A stretch of DNA of 64,000 nt from an uncultured Planctomycetia bacterium (GTDB taxonomy: Bacteria; Planctomycetota; Planctomycetia; CAXEIY01): assembly GCA_963996245.1 (NCBI GenBank), contig CAXEIY010000142.1:5006-69005 (forward strand), read 5' to 3'. Both the position numbers and the translations under genes were made by a program. Numbering within the stretch: the first letter of the stretch is position 1; each line of letters starts with the position of its first letter. Below the pieces are notes generated by a model that saw only the letters and a program-made list of their open reading frames with translations, was not told the DNA's origin and searched no databases. Positions 50,021 to 61,325 of this stretch are shown piece after piece.

Positions 50021-51430
50021 TTATACCAGCTCTTGAAGGAGTTGACCCCGGTCAACCAGATACTGAGGCCGTCCCTGGGGGTCCAGTAGTGTGGTACTAC
50101 CAATGTCGATGCCAAGATTGTGGTACAACGTCGCAAAAACATCCTGATAAGTAACCGGGCGAGAGACCACACTGGAAGCGTGACGATCCGTCCCACCGAT
50201 GATCTGTCCTGTACGCATGCCGCCCCCGGTAAGCAAAGCAGGTCCCACCGCTGGCCAGTGATGCCTGCCGCCAGTTTTGTTGTCTACTCGTGGTGTACGA
50301 CCAAACTCACCCCATGCAACAATGGTTACGTCATCTATCATTCCCCGCTCCTCAAGATCCGTAACCAAGGCATGTAATCCCTGATCGACAGTCGGCAACA
50401 CCTGCCTCATGCGGGGGAAGTTCTTCGAATGGGTATCAAAATCGCTGATCGAAATACTCACTACCCGCACACCCGCTTCCACCAGACGTCGTGCAAGAAG
50501 AAACTTGCGCGCTGCCATCGGACTTTCTGCTGTTACAAAACGCTCACCATGATCCGTAGCTGGGGTATAGCGTTCGAGAGTTTTAGGATCTTCTTGTGAA
50601 AGATCCATCGCCGATGCAAATTTCCCGGAGGTGAGGATCGCCGCTGCCTGCTGGGTAAAACGATCCATGGCATCCATCATCCCACTGTGATCCATATCGC
50701 GACGAATACGATCCAGTCCATTCAAAAGACGAGCCCGATTATTAAGTCGATCCGCATCCAACGCAACATTCAGATTCAGGCTGGTGGAGTGTCCAGCACC
50801 TAAGGCTTTTAGTTCCTTTTTCATTCCTTCTTCAAGGGGCCGTTTAAAGAGCTGTGAAATATCTGGTCGAAAGGCTTTGAATGCCGGTCCTAAAAACCCA
50901 GGACGTGCACTGTTCCTCACCAGTGGCCTTCCCTGCATTAAATCAACAAACGAGGGCGCCACATCCCTCTCAGATCCTTTCAATCGACCGACGACACATC
51001 CCATGGCAGGACGCCCTCCCATAGAACTAAGACTCTTGGAAGGCCATCCCGACTGGCACTGAAAAGCATCGTGCGCACCAGCGGATCCAACTAAAGAACG
51101 AACGAACGAAAATTTGTGTGCATGAGCAGCCATTTTGGGCATCAGTTCACAAATCTGAAAACCCGGAATCGTCGTAGCTACCGGTTTGAACTCTCCTCTT
51201 ATTTCAACCGGCGCATCTGGCTTCATGTCAATCATATCCATTTGAGGAGGACCCCCATCAAGATGGACGTTGATTACCGCTTTTTCTGATTTACCGATGC
51301 CGGTGAGTTCTTCGGCACGAAGCAAATCCGCCAGAGTCAAACCACCAGCGCTCAATGCGCCCGCAGTCAGAAAATGTCGTCTAGTTAGACCATCACAATG
51401 GTGATACGGAGTTCCAAAGACCGTTAGCAT
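50021..51430 (-). CDS. DUF1501 domain protein
   Basis: CDGLTRRHFL Tat-like motif; GGPPQMDMIDMKP; ARRLVEAGVR; FDTH; GEFGRTP. ATG 51430 has a GGGAG RBS. Confidence 0.9.
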   Translation of the reverse strand: MLTVFGTPYHHCDGLTRRHFLTAGALSAGGLTLADLLRAEELTGIGKSEKAVINVHLDGGPPQMDMIDMKPDAPVEIRGEFKPVATTIPGFQICELMPKMAAHAHKFSFVRSLVGSAGAHDAFQCQSGWPSKSLSSMGGRPAMGCVVGRLKGSERDVAPSFVDLMQGRPLVRNSARPGFLGPAFKAFRPDISQLFKRPLEEGMKKELKALGAGHSTSLNLNVALDADRLNNRARLLNGLDRIRRDMDHSGMMDAMDRFTQQAAAILTSGKFASAMDLSQEDPKTLERYTPATDHGERFVTAESPMAARKFLLARRLVEAGVRVVSISISDFDTHSKNFPRMRQVLPTVDQGLHALVTDLEERGMIDDVTIVAWGEFGRTPRVDNKTGGRHHWPAVGPALLTGGGMRTGQIIGGTDRHASSVVSRPVTYQDVFATLYHNLGIDIGSTTLLDPQGRPQYLVDRGQLLQELV

Positions 51431-51697
51431 GAATAGGATCTCCCTGAATGCTCGTTTTACAGACACCTGCTACGGATACCCGTTTACGCGCAACGCAGCT
51501 GTATTGCTTCATCATTAATATCCATCAGCATCACCTAATTTCAACCATAAATCAAGTCTCGTAAGTACTCTGGTTCGTATGAAAATTCCCTGCGCACTTC
51601 AAACTCCGGTCTTTCGCGCTTCTTTTGATTAAAAATTGCAGTACACTGGCTGAGTGGTCGTTCAGAAAGTACAGTCCACTTCTACGGTTTGATTACG

Positions 51698-53965
51698 ATG
51701 TATCATCGACTTCTGATACTGATGCTTTCCGCCTTTTTTGCCGTACCTGGGAGTTCCTTTTCCCAAAATAAAGCACTGCCACAACACTGGTCGTTCATCC
51801 GCCCTGTAAAATCTCCTCAACCAGAGGTCGATTTGTCGGAATGGTTGGAAAATCCAATTGATTCTTTTGTATTGGCAAGTCTGGAACGACTTCAAATTAC
51901 TCCGTCCACAAGAGCCGATCCGATAACGCTCATCCGACGACTCAGCCTTGACCTGACAGGGCTCCCACCAGATCCACAGCACGTGCAAAGTTTTATCTCA
52001 GATCAACGACCGGATGCCTATGAACGTCTTGTCGACCGGCTTCTTGCTTCACCGCACTACGGTGAACGATGGGCCCGTCCGTGGCTCGATCTTTGCCATT
52101 ATGCCGATAGTGATGGTTATTTAACCGATCAACTGCGTCCCTATGCCTGGCGTCACCGACAATGGGTCGTCAACGCACTGAACCAGGATATGCCATTTGA
52201 TCAATTCACGGTTGAGCAACTTGCCGGAGACCAGTTACCCCATAGTCGAACAGATCAAAAAATTGCAACTGGATTTCTTCGCCATACGCTAAGTAATCGT
52301 GAAGGAGGAGCCGATCTAGAGGAATTTCGTGTTAAACAAACACTGGATCGCACCCGTATGGTGGGTGACATTTGGCTTGGTCTGACCATTGGATGTGCAC
52401 AATGTCATGACCATAAATACGATCCGCTTACTCAGAAAGATTTTTTCCAACTCTACTCATTTTTCAACAATGCGGACGAAATCAATATCAACGCACCGCT
52501 TCCCGGAGAAGAGGGTCCCCACGCTGTACAGCGGGTTCGTTATCTAAAAAAACGCCATGAAATCCTTGCTCCCATCGAGAGGGATCTGATCACCTTACAA
52601 GATCGTTGGGAAAAAAAGATGCTCTATGCAGCTCATAATCCAGGTAAGGATCATCGGTGGGATCGCCAATGGGAACTGCTTGGACTCATCTGGGGAGGTG
52701 GATTGGGGGAAGGACAGTTAGAGGGGGTTGAGATCGTAAAAGTACCCCGTGCAAACCGCACGACGCTTCAGAACGAAAGACTGCAGGACTATTTTCTCAA
52801 CCACGGATCGCTTGTTGACCCGAAAGAATTTTCCAGACTTGAACTGGGGGAACACGCCAGCAACCTACAACAGGCTCGTAAAGATCTACCTTCCATGGCT
52901 CGTGCTCCAACTCTGAAAACAGCACAAAATCAACGTCCCAATTATATTCATTTACGAGGCGAGTTTCGTTCACCAGGAATGGCAATCAAACCCAACATCC
53001 CCGCAATATTCTCCGTCTCGCTCAACAGTGATTCTCCCACAAGACTGGATCTGGCCAGATGGCTCGTCTCGCCAGAGAATCCCATTACTGCACGTGTGCT
53101 TGTAAACCGCATGTGGCAGGAATTCTTCGGTCAAGGACTAGTCGACACTCCCGAAGATTTCGGAATGCGAGGAAACCCTCCATCTCATGGCAAGCTCTTA
53201 GACTGGCTCGCCGTGGACTTAGTCCAGGGAGGATGGGCGGTCAAAAGACTACACAAAATAATCGTCATGTCCGCAACCTATCGTCAATCTTCAAAGACAC
53301 GTGAGGATCTACTTGAACAGGACCCTGGAAACCGGTTGCTCGCCCGACAAACCAGCATGCGACTTTCCGCTGAAACGATTCGCGACAGCGCACTTAAGGC
53401 AAGTGGCCTTCTCAGTAACAGGATCGGTGGCCCCAGTGTTTTCCCGCCCCAGCCTGATCGCGTCAACATGGAAGCTTTCGGGTCCAATCCATGGCCCGTT
53501 AGCGAAGGTGAAAACAGATATCGGCGAGGCCTGTACACCTTTCTCTTAAGAACCTCTCCATACGCTCCCTTTACCATCTTTGACGCGCCCAATCCCAACC
53601 AGACCTGCGCACGTAGAAACAGATCCAATACTCCGCTACAGGCTCTGACATTGCTTAATGACGAAGTCTTTCTTGAAGCGGCAAGACATCTGGCTGCTCG
53701 TATCATTCGTGAATCGGACGACGGACTCCAAGCACGCATCACACTTGGATTCCGCCTTTGTCTTGCACGTGAACCCTCGAAAGAAGAAAGCCGTCGCCTG
53801 ACATCCTACTTCATGGAACAAGTACGTATTTTCAATTCCGATCCCCAAGCCAGTAGCATCCTCTCTCTACCAGGAAATACAACAACTGAATCCGATACCT
53901 TCGCCGCCTGGGTAGGAGTCAGTAGCGTCCTGCTAAATTTGCATGAATTTATCACACGGGAATAA
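51698..53965 (+). CDS. DUF1549/DUF1553 (PSCyt2/PSD1) planctomycete cytochrome-like protein
   Basis: Motifs HWSF, NPIDSF, RRLSLDLTGLPP, YGERWAR.WLD, CAQCHDHKYDP, VNRMWQ, NTPLQAL. Confidence 0.92.
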   Translation: MYHRLLILMLSAFFAVPGSSFSQNKALPQHWSFIRPVKSPQPEVDLSEWLENPIDSFVLASLERLQITPSTRADPITLIRRLSLDLTGLPPDPQHVQSFISDQRPDAYERLVDRLLASPHYGERWARPWLDLCHYADSDGYLTDQLRPYAWRHRQWVVNALNQDMPFDQFTVEQLAGDQLPHSRTDQKIATGFLRHTLSNREGGADLEEFRVKQTLDRTRMVGDIWLGLTIGCAQCHDHKYDPLTQKDFFQLYSFFNNADEININAPLPGEEGPHAVQRVRYLKKRHEILAPIERDLITLQDRWEKKMLYAAHNPGKDHRWDRQWELLGLIWGGGLGEGQLEGVEIVKVPRANRTTLQNERLQDYFLNHGSLVDPKEFSRLELGEHASNLQQARKDLPSMARAPTLKTAQNQRPNYIHLRGEFRSPGMAIKPNIPAIFSVSLNSDSPTRLDLARWLVSPENPITARVLVNRMWQEFFGQGLVDTPEDFGMRGNPPSHGKLLDWLAVDLVQGGWAVKRLHKIIVMSATYRQSSKTREDLLEQDPGNRLLARQTSMRLSAETIRDSALKASGLLSNRIGGPSVFPPQPDRVNMEAFGSNPWPVSEGENRYRRGLYTFLLRTSPYAPFTIFDAPNPNQTCARRNRSNTPLQALTLLNDEVFLEAARHLAARIIRESDDGLQARITLGFRLCLAREPSKEESRRLTSYFMEQVRIFNSDPQASSILSLPGNTTTESDTFAAWVGVSSVLLNLHEFITRE

Positions 53966-53966
53966 C

Positions 53967-55418
53967 ATGATGAACTGTCTTCATCCCCTTACTCTCCAAC
54001 AACGCCGGCTCTTCCTCCAGCAGTGCGCAGGAGGACTTGGCGGCACAGCGCTGATTCATATGTTGCAATCTGAATCACAGGCCAACATTCCAAATGAACT
54101 GACGCACGCTCTACAACCCAAAATGGCTCATTTTGCTCCGAAAGCAAAGAATGTCATCTTCCTTTTCATGGCCGGTGCACCAAGTCAGCTGGACTTGTTT
54201 GACCCGAAACCCAAAATGCGTGAATTACACGGGCAACCTCTTCCTGCATCCTTTCTGACGGATCTCGATGATGCCCTTTTAAAAGGCAGTGCACAGGTCT
54301 TCTCCAGTCCACGTTCTTTCACGCGCCACGGTCAATGTGGCATGGATTTTTCGGATTATCTCCCACACCTCGCCCAACGTGCAGACGACCTTTGCATGAT
54401 TCGAACGATGTTTACTGATGTTTCCAATCATCACCCGGCACAATTACTCATGAACTGTGGTATCCCTCGATTTGGAGCCCCTAGTATGGGAGCGTGGGTT
54501 ACCTACGGGTTAGGAAATCCATCACACAATCTTCCTGGATTTGTCGTGATGCTTTCTAATTCAACTGGAACCGGAGATCTGGGAGGCACCGCGCTCTGGG
54601 ACAACGCGTTTCTACCGCCGATATATCGTGGCGTTACCTTTCGGAGCACCGGTGAGCCGATTCTCTTTCTTTCCAATCCAAGAGGCATCAACTCCACCAC
54701 ACAACGCGCACGACTCTCCGCTATTCGAGACTTGAACCAGCTGCGCCACCGCGTCACAGAAGACCCGGAAATAAACGCTCGTGTTTCAGCATATGAACTG
54801 GCTTTTCGGATGCAGTCAGCCGCACCTGAACTCATTGATTTTTCGGATGAAACCGAACATACCCTCAACAGCTATGGAGTCAACGACGAAACGACACGAT
54901 GGTTTGGCAGTAACTGCCTGCTCGCTCGACGTATGGTTGAACGTGGAGTCCGCTTTGTACAGCTCTATCACTACACATGGGATGATCACGCCGATCTCAA
55001 CAAAAACCTGAAACGCAACTGCAGTATGACAGACCAGCCCGCGGCTGCATTGATTCAGGATCTCAAGCAACGCGGCTTGTTGGAAGACACCCTGGTTGTC
55101 TGGGGAGGGGAATTCGGCCGGACTCCGATGCATGAAGTTCGGCGAATAAATGCAGCGGGGCGCGAAGGACGTGATCATCATCCGTTTTCATTTACGATGC
55201 TTCTCGCCGGGGCTGGAATCAAAACCGGCCAAATCATCGGACAAACCGATGAACTCGGTTACCACGGTATCGAAGACAAAGTCCACGTTCACGATTTACA
55301 GGCAACCCTGCTTCATTTACTAGGGCTGGATCACACTCAGCTGACTTATCGTTTTCAAGGACGCGATTTTCGATTGACCGATATAGGGGGCAAAATCGTC
55401 TCCAACATTCTGGCATAA
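53967..55418 (+). CDS. DUF1501 domain protein
   Basis: RRLFL; AKNVIFLFMAGAPSQLDLFDPKP; YELAFRMQ; WDDH; GGEFGRTP; RDHH. Starts 1 nt after the DUF1553 stop. Confidence 0.92.
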   Translation: MMNCLHPLTLQQRRLFLQQCAGGLGGTALIHMLQSESQANIPNELTHALQPKMAHFAPKAKNVIFLFMAGAPSQLDLFDPKPKMRELHGQPLPASFLTDLDDALLKGSAQVFSSPRSFTRHGQCGMDFSDYLPHLAQRADDLCMIRTMFTDVSNHHPAQLLMNCGIPRFGAPSMGAWVTYGLGNPSHNLPGFVVMLSNSTGTGDLGGTALWDNAFLPPIYRGVTFRSTGEPILFLSNPRGINSTTQRARLSAIRDLNQLRHRVTEDPEINARVSAYELAFRMQSAAPELIDFSDETEHTLNSYGVNDETTRWFGSNCLLARRMVERGVRFVQLYHYTWDDHADLNKNLKRNCSMTDQPAAALIQDLKQRGLLEDTLVVWGGEFGRTPMHEVRRINAAGREGRDHHPFSFTMLLAGAGIKTGQIIGQTDELGYHGIEDKVHVHDLQATLLHLLGLDHTQLTYRFQGRDFRLTDIGGKIVSNILA

Positions 55419-55436
55419 TGATTCAGAGGCTTTTTC

Positions 55437-56525
55437 CTACACAGTACGACAGGCTTCCAGAGCATCCCAGTTAAAATGGACACCATGTCCCGGGCAGTCC
55501 GGAGCTACAGCGAGGCCCTCTTCCAGCTTTAACGGTGTTTCCATAAATGAATCCAGTCCAAAGGCATGTATCTCAAGAAACGATGCATTAGGAACTGCTG
55601 CCAACAAATGAACATGAAGATCGTGTACCCCATGCGACGTCACTTCCAGATTATGCGATTCTGCAAGGTGCGCTACTTTCAACCAGACCGTAATTCCTCC
55701 AACTGTTGCCACATCCGGCTCTGGAAAGGTCACACCTCCGGCAGTCATCAGGTGATTGAACTCATAAATCGAATGTAGATTTTCACCGGCAGCCAAAGGA
55801 AGCGATCCTGCTTGTTGTATACGGGCATGCCCAAGGAAATCATCCGGAATCGTCGGTTCTTCCAGCCAGTAAATACCAAACTCACTTAAAGCCCGTGATG
55901 CTCGAATAGCCTGATCGATGGTCCATCCCATATTCGCATCGACCATCAAAGTCGTCTCTGACCCAATGCAATCTCTCACTCGAGCAACACGGGAAATATC
56001 CTCACTAAGTGAGTCACGCCCGACTTTCATCTTCAGGGCATTAAATCCACATGCCATAAATTGTTCGGTCTGCTCCAGCAACTGCTCTGTACTGAACTGC
56101 AAATCCACACCGCCGGCGTAGGCTTTTACACACGGATCCTTACCTCCGAGAAACTTCCACAAAGGCAGCTCTGCCATTTTGCTTTTCATGTCCCAAAGCG
56201 CAATATCAACGGCCGCAATGGCAAATACAGCAGCCCCTCCTCTTCCCACGTAATGTAACCGCCACCACATCTTTTCCCACAACGATTCGATCGCGGTCGA
56301 TTCTTCTCCCAGAAGCAAAGGGACCAGATCATCTTTCAACAAAGAGGCAATCGCTCTACCACCATACCCTCCCGTATAGGTGTAACCCACACCTTGAAGT
56401 CCATTGTCTGATTCAATGGTTACGGTAACCAATTCAAAATCCCTAATGTACCCATGGCGCGAGTCAGACAGGGCAATCGGTAAAGGAATACGATAATACC
56501 CAACATCAACAGACTTGATTTTCAC
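55437..56525 (-). CDS. Mandelate racemase / muconate lactonizing enzyme (enolase superfamily)
   Basis: AVDIALWD; KMK; metal ligands in DAN / EEP / GEN; SHG. Confidence 0.9.
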   Translation of the reverse strand: MKIKSVDVGYYRIPLPIALSDSRHGYIRDFELVTVTIESDNGLQGVGYTYTGGYGGRAIASLLKDDLVPLLLGEESTAIESLWEKMWWRLHYVGRGGAAVFAIAAVDIALWDMKSKMAELPLWKFLGGKDPCVKAYAGGVDLQFSTEQLLEQTEQFMACGFNALKMKVGRDSLSEDISRVARVRDCIGSETTLMVDANMGWTIDQAIRASRALSEFGIYWLEEPTIPDDFLGHARIQQAGSLPLAAGENLHSIYEFNHLMTAGGVTFPEPDVATVGGITVWLKVAHLAESHNLEVTSHGVHDLHVHLLAAVPNASFLEIHAFGLDSFMETPLKLEEGLAVAPDCPGHGVHFNWDALEACRTV

Positions 56526-56740
56526 AGCTTCCCCCTGAATGGCGGTAAGATCTCTGGATCTTAGTTAAAATTAAAAAATACCTTGGCGAATATCCTCACT
56601 TGCTTATCGGAATATGTGTACATATCGCTAAGTATAGCATTGGCTTTTCCCATCTTATGCCCGCGATAATTGAAATTTTTCTGTAACACAAGGTAGTGCA
56701 CATGTAAGCCAGTCGTTAGAATTTCGGAGCAAAGCAACTT

Positions 56741-56814
<74 letters not shown>

Positions 56815-56827
56815 CTTACCTCGTGCT

Positions 56828-56855
56828 TCCAGCAAGTCTTCACTGGCTTGCTGGA
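56828..56855 (+). terminator. Hairpin downstream of tRNA-Arg
   Basis: TCCAGCAAG...CTTGCTGGA inverted repeat 13 nt after the tRNA; no clear U-run. Confidence 0.3.
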
Positions 56856-57026
56856 TCGCGTCAAGGAGTCTCTCCCGCGGTTTATGCTCATCTGACTCAC
56901 TCAATATCCTCCCTGGGCTCTCTTGTGCGTTTTCCGTAATAGCTAATCAACAGAATGTCCGATTATTGAGAACGTGATTATTGGGCTCGTCGAGAATTTT
57001 TCTTCTTAGTTTCATGGCTACTGTCA

Positions 57027-57290
57027 AGAATCACAGCGGGTAATCATCCACCGCTGACAGGCTCGGCTGCCGACGGGTTTCCGATCTACGGTACGGCTAC
57101 AGCAATCCTAAGAACGCCAACTCTCCTGCTCAAAACTCACATCAAGTTTCCAACTAAAGAAGGGCCTGTGGCCCGACGGCAAGTACGATGGCACCTTTCG
57201 TTAGCGGCTATCAATACGTCGCTGGCAGCGGTGATTTAGGTGAGCACAACGGACGCCAGGCGGTAACACCTGAGTTTCCCAAAGGCACTC
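57027..57290 (+). pseudogene. Frameshifted remnant of a YHYH-domain protein gene
   Basis: Consecutive segments in shifting frames read GNHPPLTGSAADGFPIYG / YGYSNPKNANSP / KLTSSFQLKKGLWPDGKYDGTF / VSGYQYVAGSGDLGEHNGRQAVTPEFPKGT. These follow the YHYH-family consensus G.A.DGFPIYG.YGY...YDGTF..DY.Y..GSGDLD..NGR...TPEFP.GT. Confidence 0.75.
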
Positions 57291-57767
57291 CTGACCGTTT
57301 TAATAGGCCCCATTAATTTGGTGAAACAGGTCCCAAATAGAAAATCCAGCAAGCATTGGCAGACAACCAGTCATACTTTCAGAAGCTCTACCGAAATATC
57401 CTATTTTTCATATTCATGCCACTCCTTGCACATATCGGGTTCCTTCCTACTGCCACAAACTTATTTAAATATTTTTAGCAGTATACGTGCGTCCCCTTCG
57501 TGAGCGGTGTTCTGATCCATTGCTACTTACTGGAAGTAAAAAACCGATGCCCGTCTGTCCAATGAACTTTCAGATACGATTGATGACTCAAAGACATCCT
57601 ATCTGTCCTGGATGTGGTTCAAAAATTGAGTGATCCATAGTCAAAGTCCAAACAGAACTAACATCACGGTACGCTTGATCCCATCAAACCTAACGGCGAT
57701 TAGATTCGTGCTCCAAGCGTTGGCTCGACACCCTCTGGCTGTATTTTGCTCAACAGTCGTACATGCA

Positions 57768-58565
57768 TCACATTCGACTTGTAAACTGATACAGAAATAT
57801 ACCGGAAGCCACAGATACATTAAGTGAATCCGTTCCCATTTTCATAGGTATCGTAACACAGTGATCACACTTGCTGACCAACTCCTCAGAAACACCCTTT
57901 GCTTCATTGCCAAACAGTAAGGCCATCCGAGCGGCCCTTTTCATCGAATCCAGTGGCGATGCCTTTGAACTCAAAACAGCAGCAAACCGTTGGAACTGAT
58001 GCTCGCTGCCCAGTCGAGTTAAATCCGTCACCATGTCTTTGGACTCTACAATCGGCAGTTTCAATACTGCTCCCATCGATGTGCGCAATACTCGACGGGA
58101 AAACGGATCGGCACATGTGGTCCCAAGTAAAACACCATCCACACCAAATGCCGCACAATTCCTCAAAATTCCTCCCAGATTCTGGGGGTCCTTGACATCA
58201 TGTCCGACAACCAGGATTGCTTCTTCCTGTAAACCAGTCATCAGATGTTGAAACGTTCGATTCGCTTGGCGCCGGCCACATGCAAGTACGCCCCGATGAA
58301 ACGGAAAACCCAAAATCTGTTGAAAGATTGATTTATCAGCCACATACATCGGTACCTCTTGAGAAATTTTTTCTGCAAATTCATCTGCACGTCGACGCTC
58401 AACAAACAGCGACACTGTTTCAAATGAACTATCCAGAAGACAATCGACCAGAAAGGATCCCTCGACTACAAAAAGGCCCGATCGTTTTCCGAGGCGCTGC
58501 TGAGGAAGGTCTCGATACGGCATTACCTCTGGATCATTCACTGAGTTGATGGAAACAAGAGGCAT
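57768..58565 (-). CDS. TrmH/SpoU family RNA 2'-O-methyltransferase
   Basis: Motifs DPQNLGGILRN, RRVLRTSMG, LFGNEAKG, IPM...DSLNVSVA. Confidence 0.9.
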   Translation of the reverse strand: MPLVSINSVNDPEVMPYRDLPQQRLGKRSGLFVVEGSFLVDCLLDSSFETVSLFVERRRADEFAEKISQEVPMYVADKSIFQQILGFPFHRGVLACGRRQANRTFQHLMTGLQEEAILVVGHDVKDPQNLGGILRNCAAFGVDGVLLGTTCADPFSRRVLRTSMGAVLKLPIVESKDMVTDLTRLGSEHQFQRFAAVLSSKASPLDSMKRAARMALLFGNEAKGVSEELVSKCDHCVTIPMKMGTDSLNVSVASGIFLYQFTSRM

Positions 58566-58712
58566 CGACCAACCTGTCTCATTATGCTTTGTGAAATCGG
58601 TGTTTCGTTGTTGTGGAAAATAGCCACACCTTGGATGCGTGACTGGATCCCGTTAACAATCCTAATCAAACAGACCCAAAAAACACGTTTCGACCAATAA
58701 AATATCGTGTTT

Positions 58713-61325
58713 TCATTCGTTCGAATCTTCTAGAAAGGCAAGGAGGTCTCTCAGTTCACGGTCTGTCAAAACATGTACCAGACCATTGGGCATAAAAGAC
58801 TCATCGAGTTCATGAATAATCTCAATATCTGATCGACTGAAACTTCTGTTTTTCCCTTGGTTGTCACGCAGGACTTCATTGACCCACGACCGAAGCCGGA
58901 TGCCCGTTAAATTGCGTCCATCTTTTAGCACAAGCATCGAAGGACGGTACTGGGGAGCCATGACAAGACTTGGCTGTAACAATGATTCCAGCAATCCTTT
59001 ACGGTCACTTTGCATGCGGACATTCGTCAAATCCGGTCCCACGACATTACCACGACCACGATGACGATGACAGCTGGAACAGGCAGCCACTCGTGAATGA
59101 TGAAAAATCCGTCTTCCAGTGGTTACACTGGCAGATCCCGGAACCGACTGAATCCGTTTTAACCATGCCTCGGTATTCACCAGAGACGGTCTCCCCGAAA
59201 TCAGCAAATCCGGTTCCAGACAAGCCTGTACCAGGTCTTTCGATGAAGGGAACCGCTTCACAACCTCACGCAATTGAGAAATCTGTTCCTTATTCAACGA
59301 TAGACCGCGAACCGAACGCAGCGCCTCTTCGCGAACCGATTCGACTTCATCATGAGCCAGCTGAATCAGCAACTTCAAATGAACTGGCGCCTGAGAGGAC
59401 AGGGCTGCAATCGCCTCCGCACGGACCGCATCTGGTTGTTGAGAGTCGACTCCAAGTCCAATCAATAACGGAAGCCCTATTTTCGGATTTTCCGCCAGGG
59501 TACGAACGACTTCCATAGATAACAAAGGATCGTTAACCGCTAATAATTCATTGAGTAATGTCAAAGTCAGTCCTTCAGGGAATTTCCGATTTATAGCTGC
59601 GCCGGTCTGAGAACCATCAAGCGAAGGTACAGGAATCAGACGCAGAGCGAAGGCACGAAGCTTAGGATCACTTGCTGAATCGCGTACACGCTTCAGCAGA
59701 ACATCTGGATTTCGAATACCCGCTTCAGGTCTCCCCTGCAGAGTATTGTGTGCCGCTATGGCAGCTTCAAACAGAGGGTACTCAATATTCCTGCTACGCA
59801 ATAACTTTTCAATTTCCGGTAAAAATGCATCCCGTTCGGAATCGGCAATCCATCGCAATACTTCAAACTGTATTTCCGGATGGTCGTCCTTCAAAAAGAA
59901 TGCGATCCATTGGTCTGCAAACACGGTCGCTGAACCAGTCGAGTCGTTGCGATAACTGGCCAGTTTCAGGGCAAGAAGAACTTGAATGCGATCTCTTACA
60001 TCCAGTGTTTTAACTCTTTCTGGTTGTACTCGATGAATTTGTCTGGACAGGGTTGCCAACGCGGCCTGTCCGAGGAACGGATCATCCGATGAGGACCATT
60101 GCAAAAGTGTTCTAAAGGACAACCGGCGTTCTCCGGAACGCAGAGTTTTTGCAAGTCTGAAGGAGGCGGAATGACGCTCCAGATCTGTCGGCCCAAGCCA
60201 AGACGCTAGACTGGGATCGATTTCCACTTTCCATAGCCGACCGAACCCATGTACCTGGTATCGTCCATCCACCCAGTCTGTCACATACCATGTGAAGGTT
60301 TTCTGATCGTCAATGCCAGGTGCTCTTGCGATACAGGTAGGCCGAAAATACCTTGCCCCATGTACCAGTTCGATGCGTTCCGCAGAATAACTCGCCCCTT
60401 TTGAATTGAGTCGAAAAAAGTAAAGACGATGATCACTCCATGATGGAACCATCAGACCTCGCCCCACAGGAGTCACCGCACAAGGAGCCTCCCCCGACGG
60501 ATGGATCATCGGTAATGTTCCTCGTAATTCTCCGTTCCAGGCAACAAATGGATGATGTGCTTCGGGTCCATATGTTCGTTGAAAACCGTAATCCCCTCCT
60601 TCAACGATATGCAACAGCCGACAAGGAGGCTTTTCTCCGGGGTCGTTGTCAACCGCGAAAATCACACCATCCTCTCTGACACAGATACCAAACGGGTTCC
60701 AGAATCCTCGAGCAATCCGGTTCAGCCCGGTACCTTCCGGTTTACAGCGAAAAATTCCACCTTCACCTGTGCCTTGAACACGTGTTCCATCCCGCCCTGT
60801 GATGACCCAGGGTTCTGAGTAATTTTCACCGATGCCAAAAATAAGGTCCCCGTCTGGATGCCAGGCCAGACCAGACAAACCATTGTGGGGATAATCGGCT
60901 TCAGTCTCGAGCAACAGAAGATCTTCTTCGAGATCTCCCTTACCGTCACCATCGGTGTCTTTGACACGTAGAATTCGATCTCTCTCTGCAAGATAAACCC
61001 ATCCGTCCAGGCCCAACTCCAGATCCATCGTATGATGGGTTTTTTGATAAAACACTCGCCGATGATGCTCTTTGTCAAATACCAGAACCTCGTCAAACTC
61101 AGGCCCCGCGTAGTCTTTCGGAGTAAAGTGTGTATGGCTGGATATCAACCAGACCCATCCCTTCTGGTCCACATCAATCCCGGTAGGAGTGACTAAATCA
61201 GGATGTTCCGCAATCAGGGAAATGCGCACACCCGATTGCAGCACGCGCACCTGGGGATCACGCTCAGCAGTAGCTGAAACGGATAGCAATGCCCCATTCA
61301 GAAATAGGAACAGTCCCATGAACAT
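58713..61325 (-). CDS. PVC-type heme-binding CxxCH protein (membrane-bound dehydrogenase-like propeller + HEAT-like region + cytochrome c)
   Basis: Signal peptide; DTDGDGKGD; GFWNPFG; GGDYGF; C-terminal CSSCH...VGPDLT...SFMP. Confidence 0.85.
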   Translation of the reverse strand: MFMGLFLFLNGALLSVSATAERDPQVRVLQSGVRISLIAEHPDLVTPTGIDVDQKGWVWLISSHTHFTPKDYAGPEFDEVLVFDKEHHRRVFYQKTHHTMDLELGLDGWVYLAERDRILRVKDTDGDGKGDLEEDLLLLETEADYPHNGLSGLAWHPDGDLIFGIGENYSEPWVITGRDGTRVQGTGEGGIFRCKPEGTGLNRIARGFWNPFGICVREDGVIFAVDNDPGEKPPCRLLHIVEGGDYGFQRTYGPEAHHPFVAWNGELRGTLPMIHPSGEAPCAVTPVGRGLMVPSWSDHRLYFFRLNSKGASYSAERIELVHGARYFRPTCIARAPGIDDQKTFTWYVTDWVDGRYQVHGFGRLWKVEIDPSLASWLGPTDLERHSASFRLAKTLRSGERRLSFRTLLQWSSSDDPFLGQAALATLSRQIHRVQPERVKTLDVRDRIQVLLALKLASYRNDSTGSATVFADQWIAFFLKDDHPEIQFEVLRWIADSERDAFLPEIEKLLRSRNIEYPLFEAAIAAHNTLQGRPEAGIRNPDVLLKRVRDSASDPKLRAFALRLIPVPSLDGSQTGAAINRKFPEGLTLTLLNELLAVNDPLLSMEVVRTLAENPKIGLPLLIGLGVDSQQPDAVRAEAIAALSSQAPVHLKLLIQLAHDEVESVREEALRSVRGLSLNKEQISQLREVVKRFPSSKDLVQACLEPDLLISGRPSLVNTEAWLKRIQSVPGSASVTTGRRIFHHSRVAACSSCHRHRGRGNVVGPDLTNVRMQSDRKGLLESLLQPSLVMAPQYRPSMLVLKDGRNLTGIRLRSWVNEVLRDNQGKNRSFSRSDIEIIHELDESFMPNGLVHVLTDRELRDLLAFLEDSNE

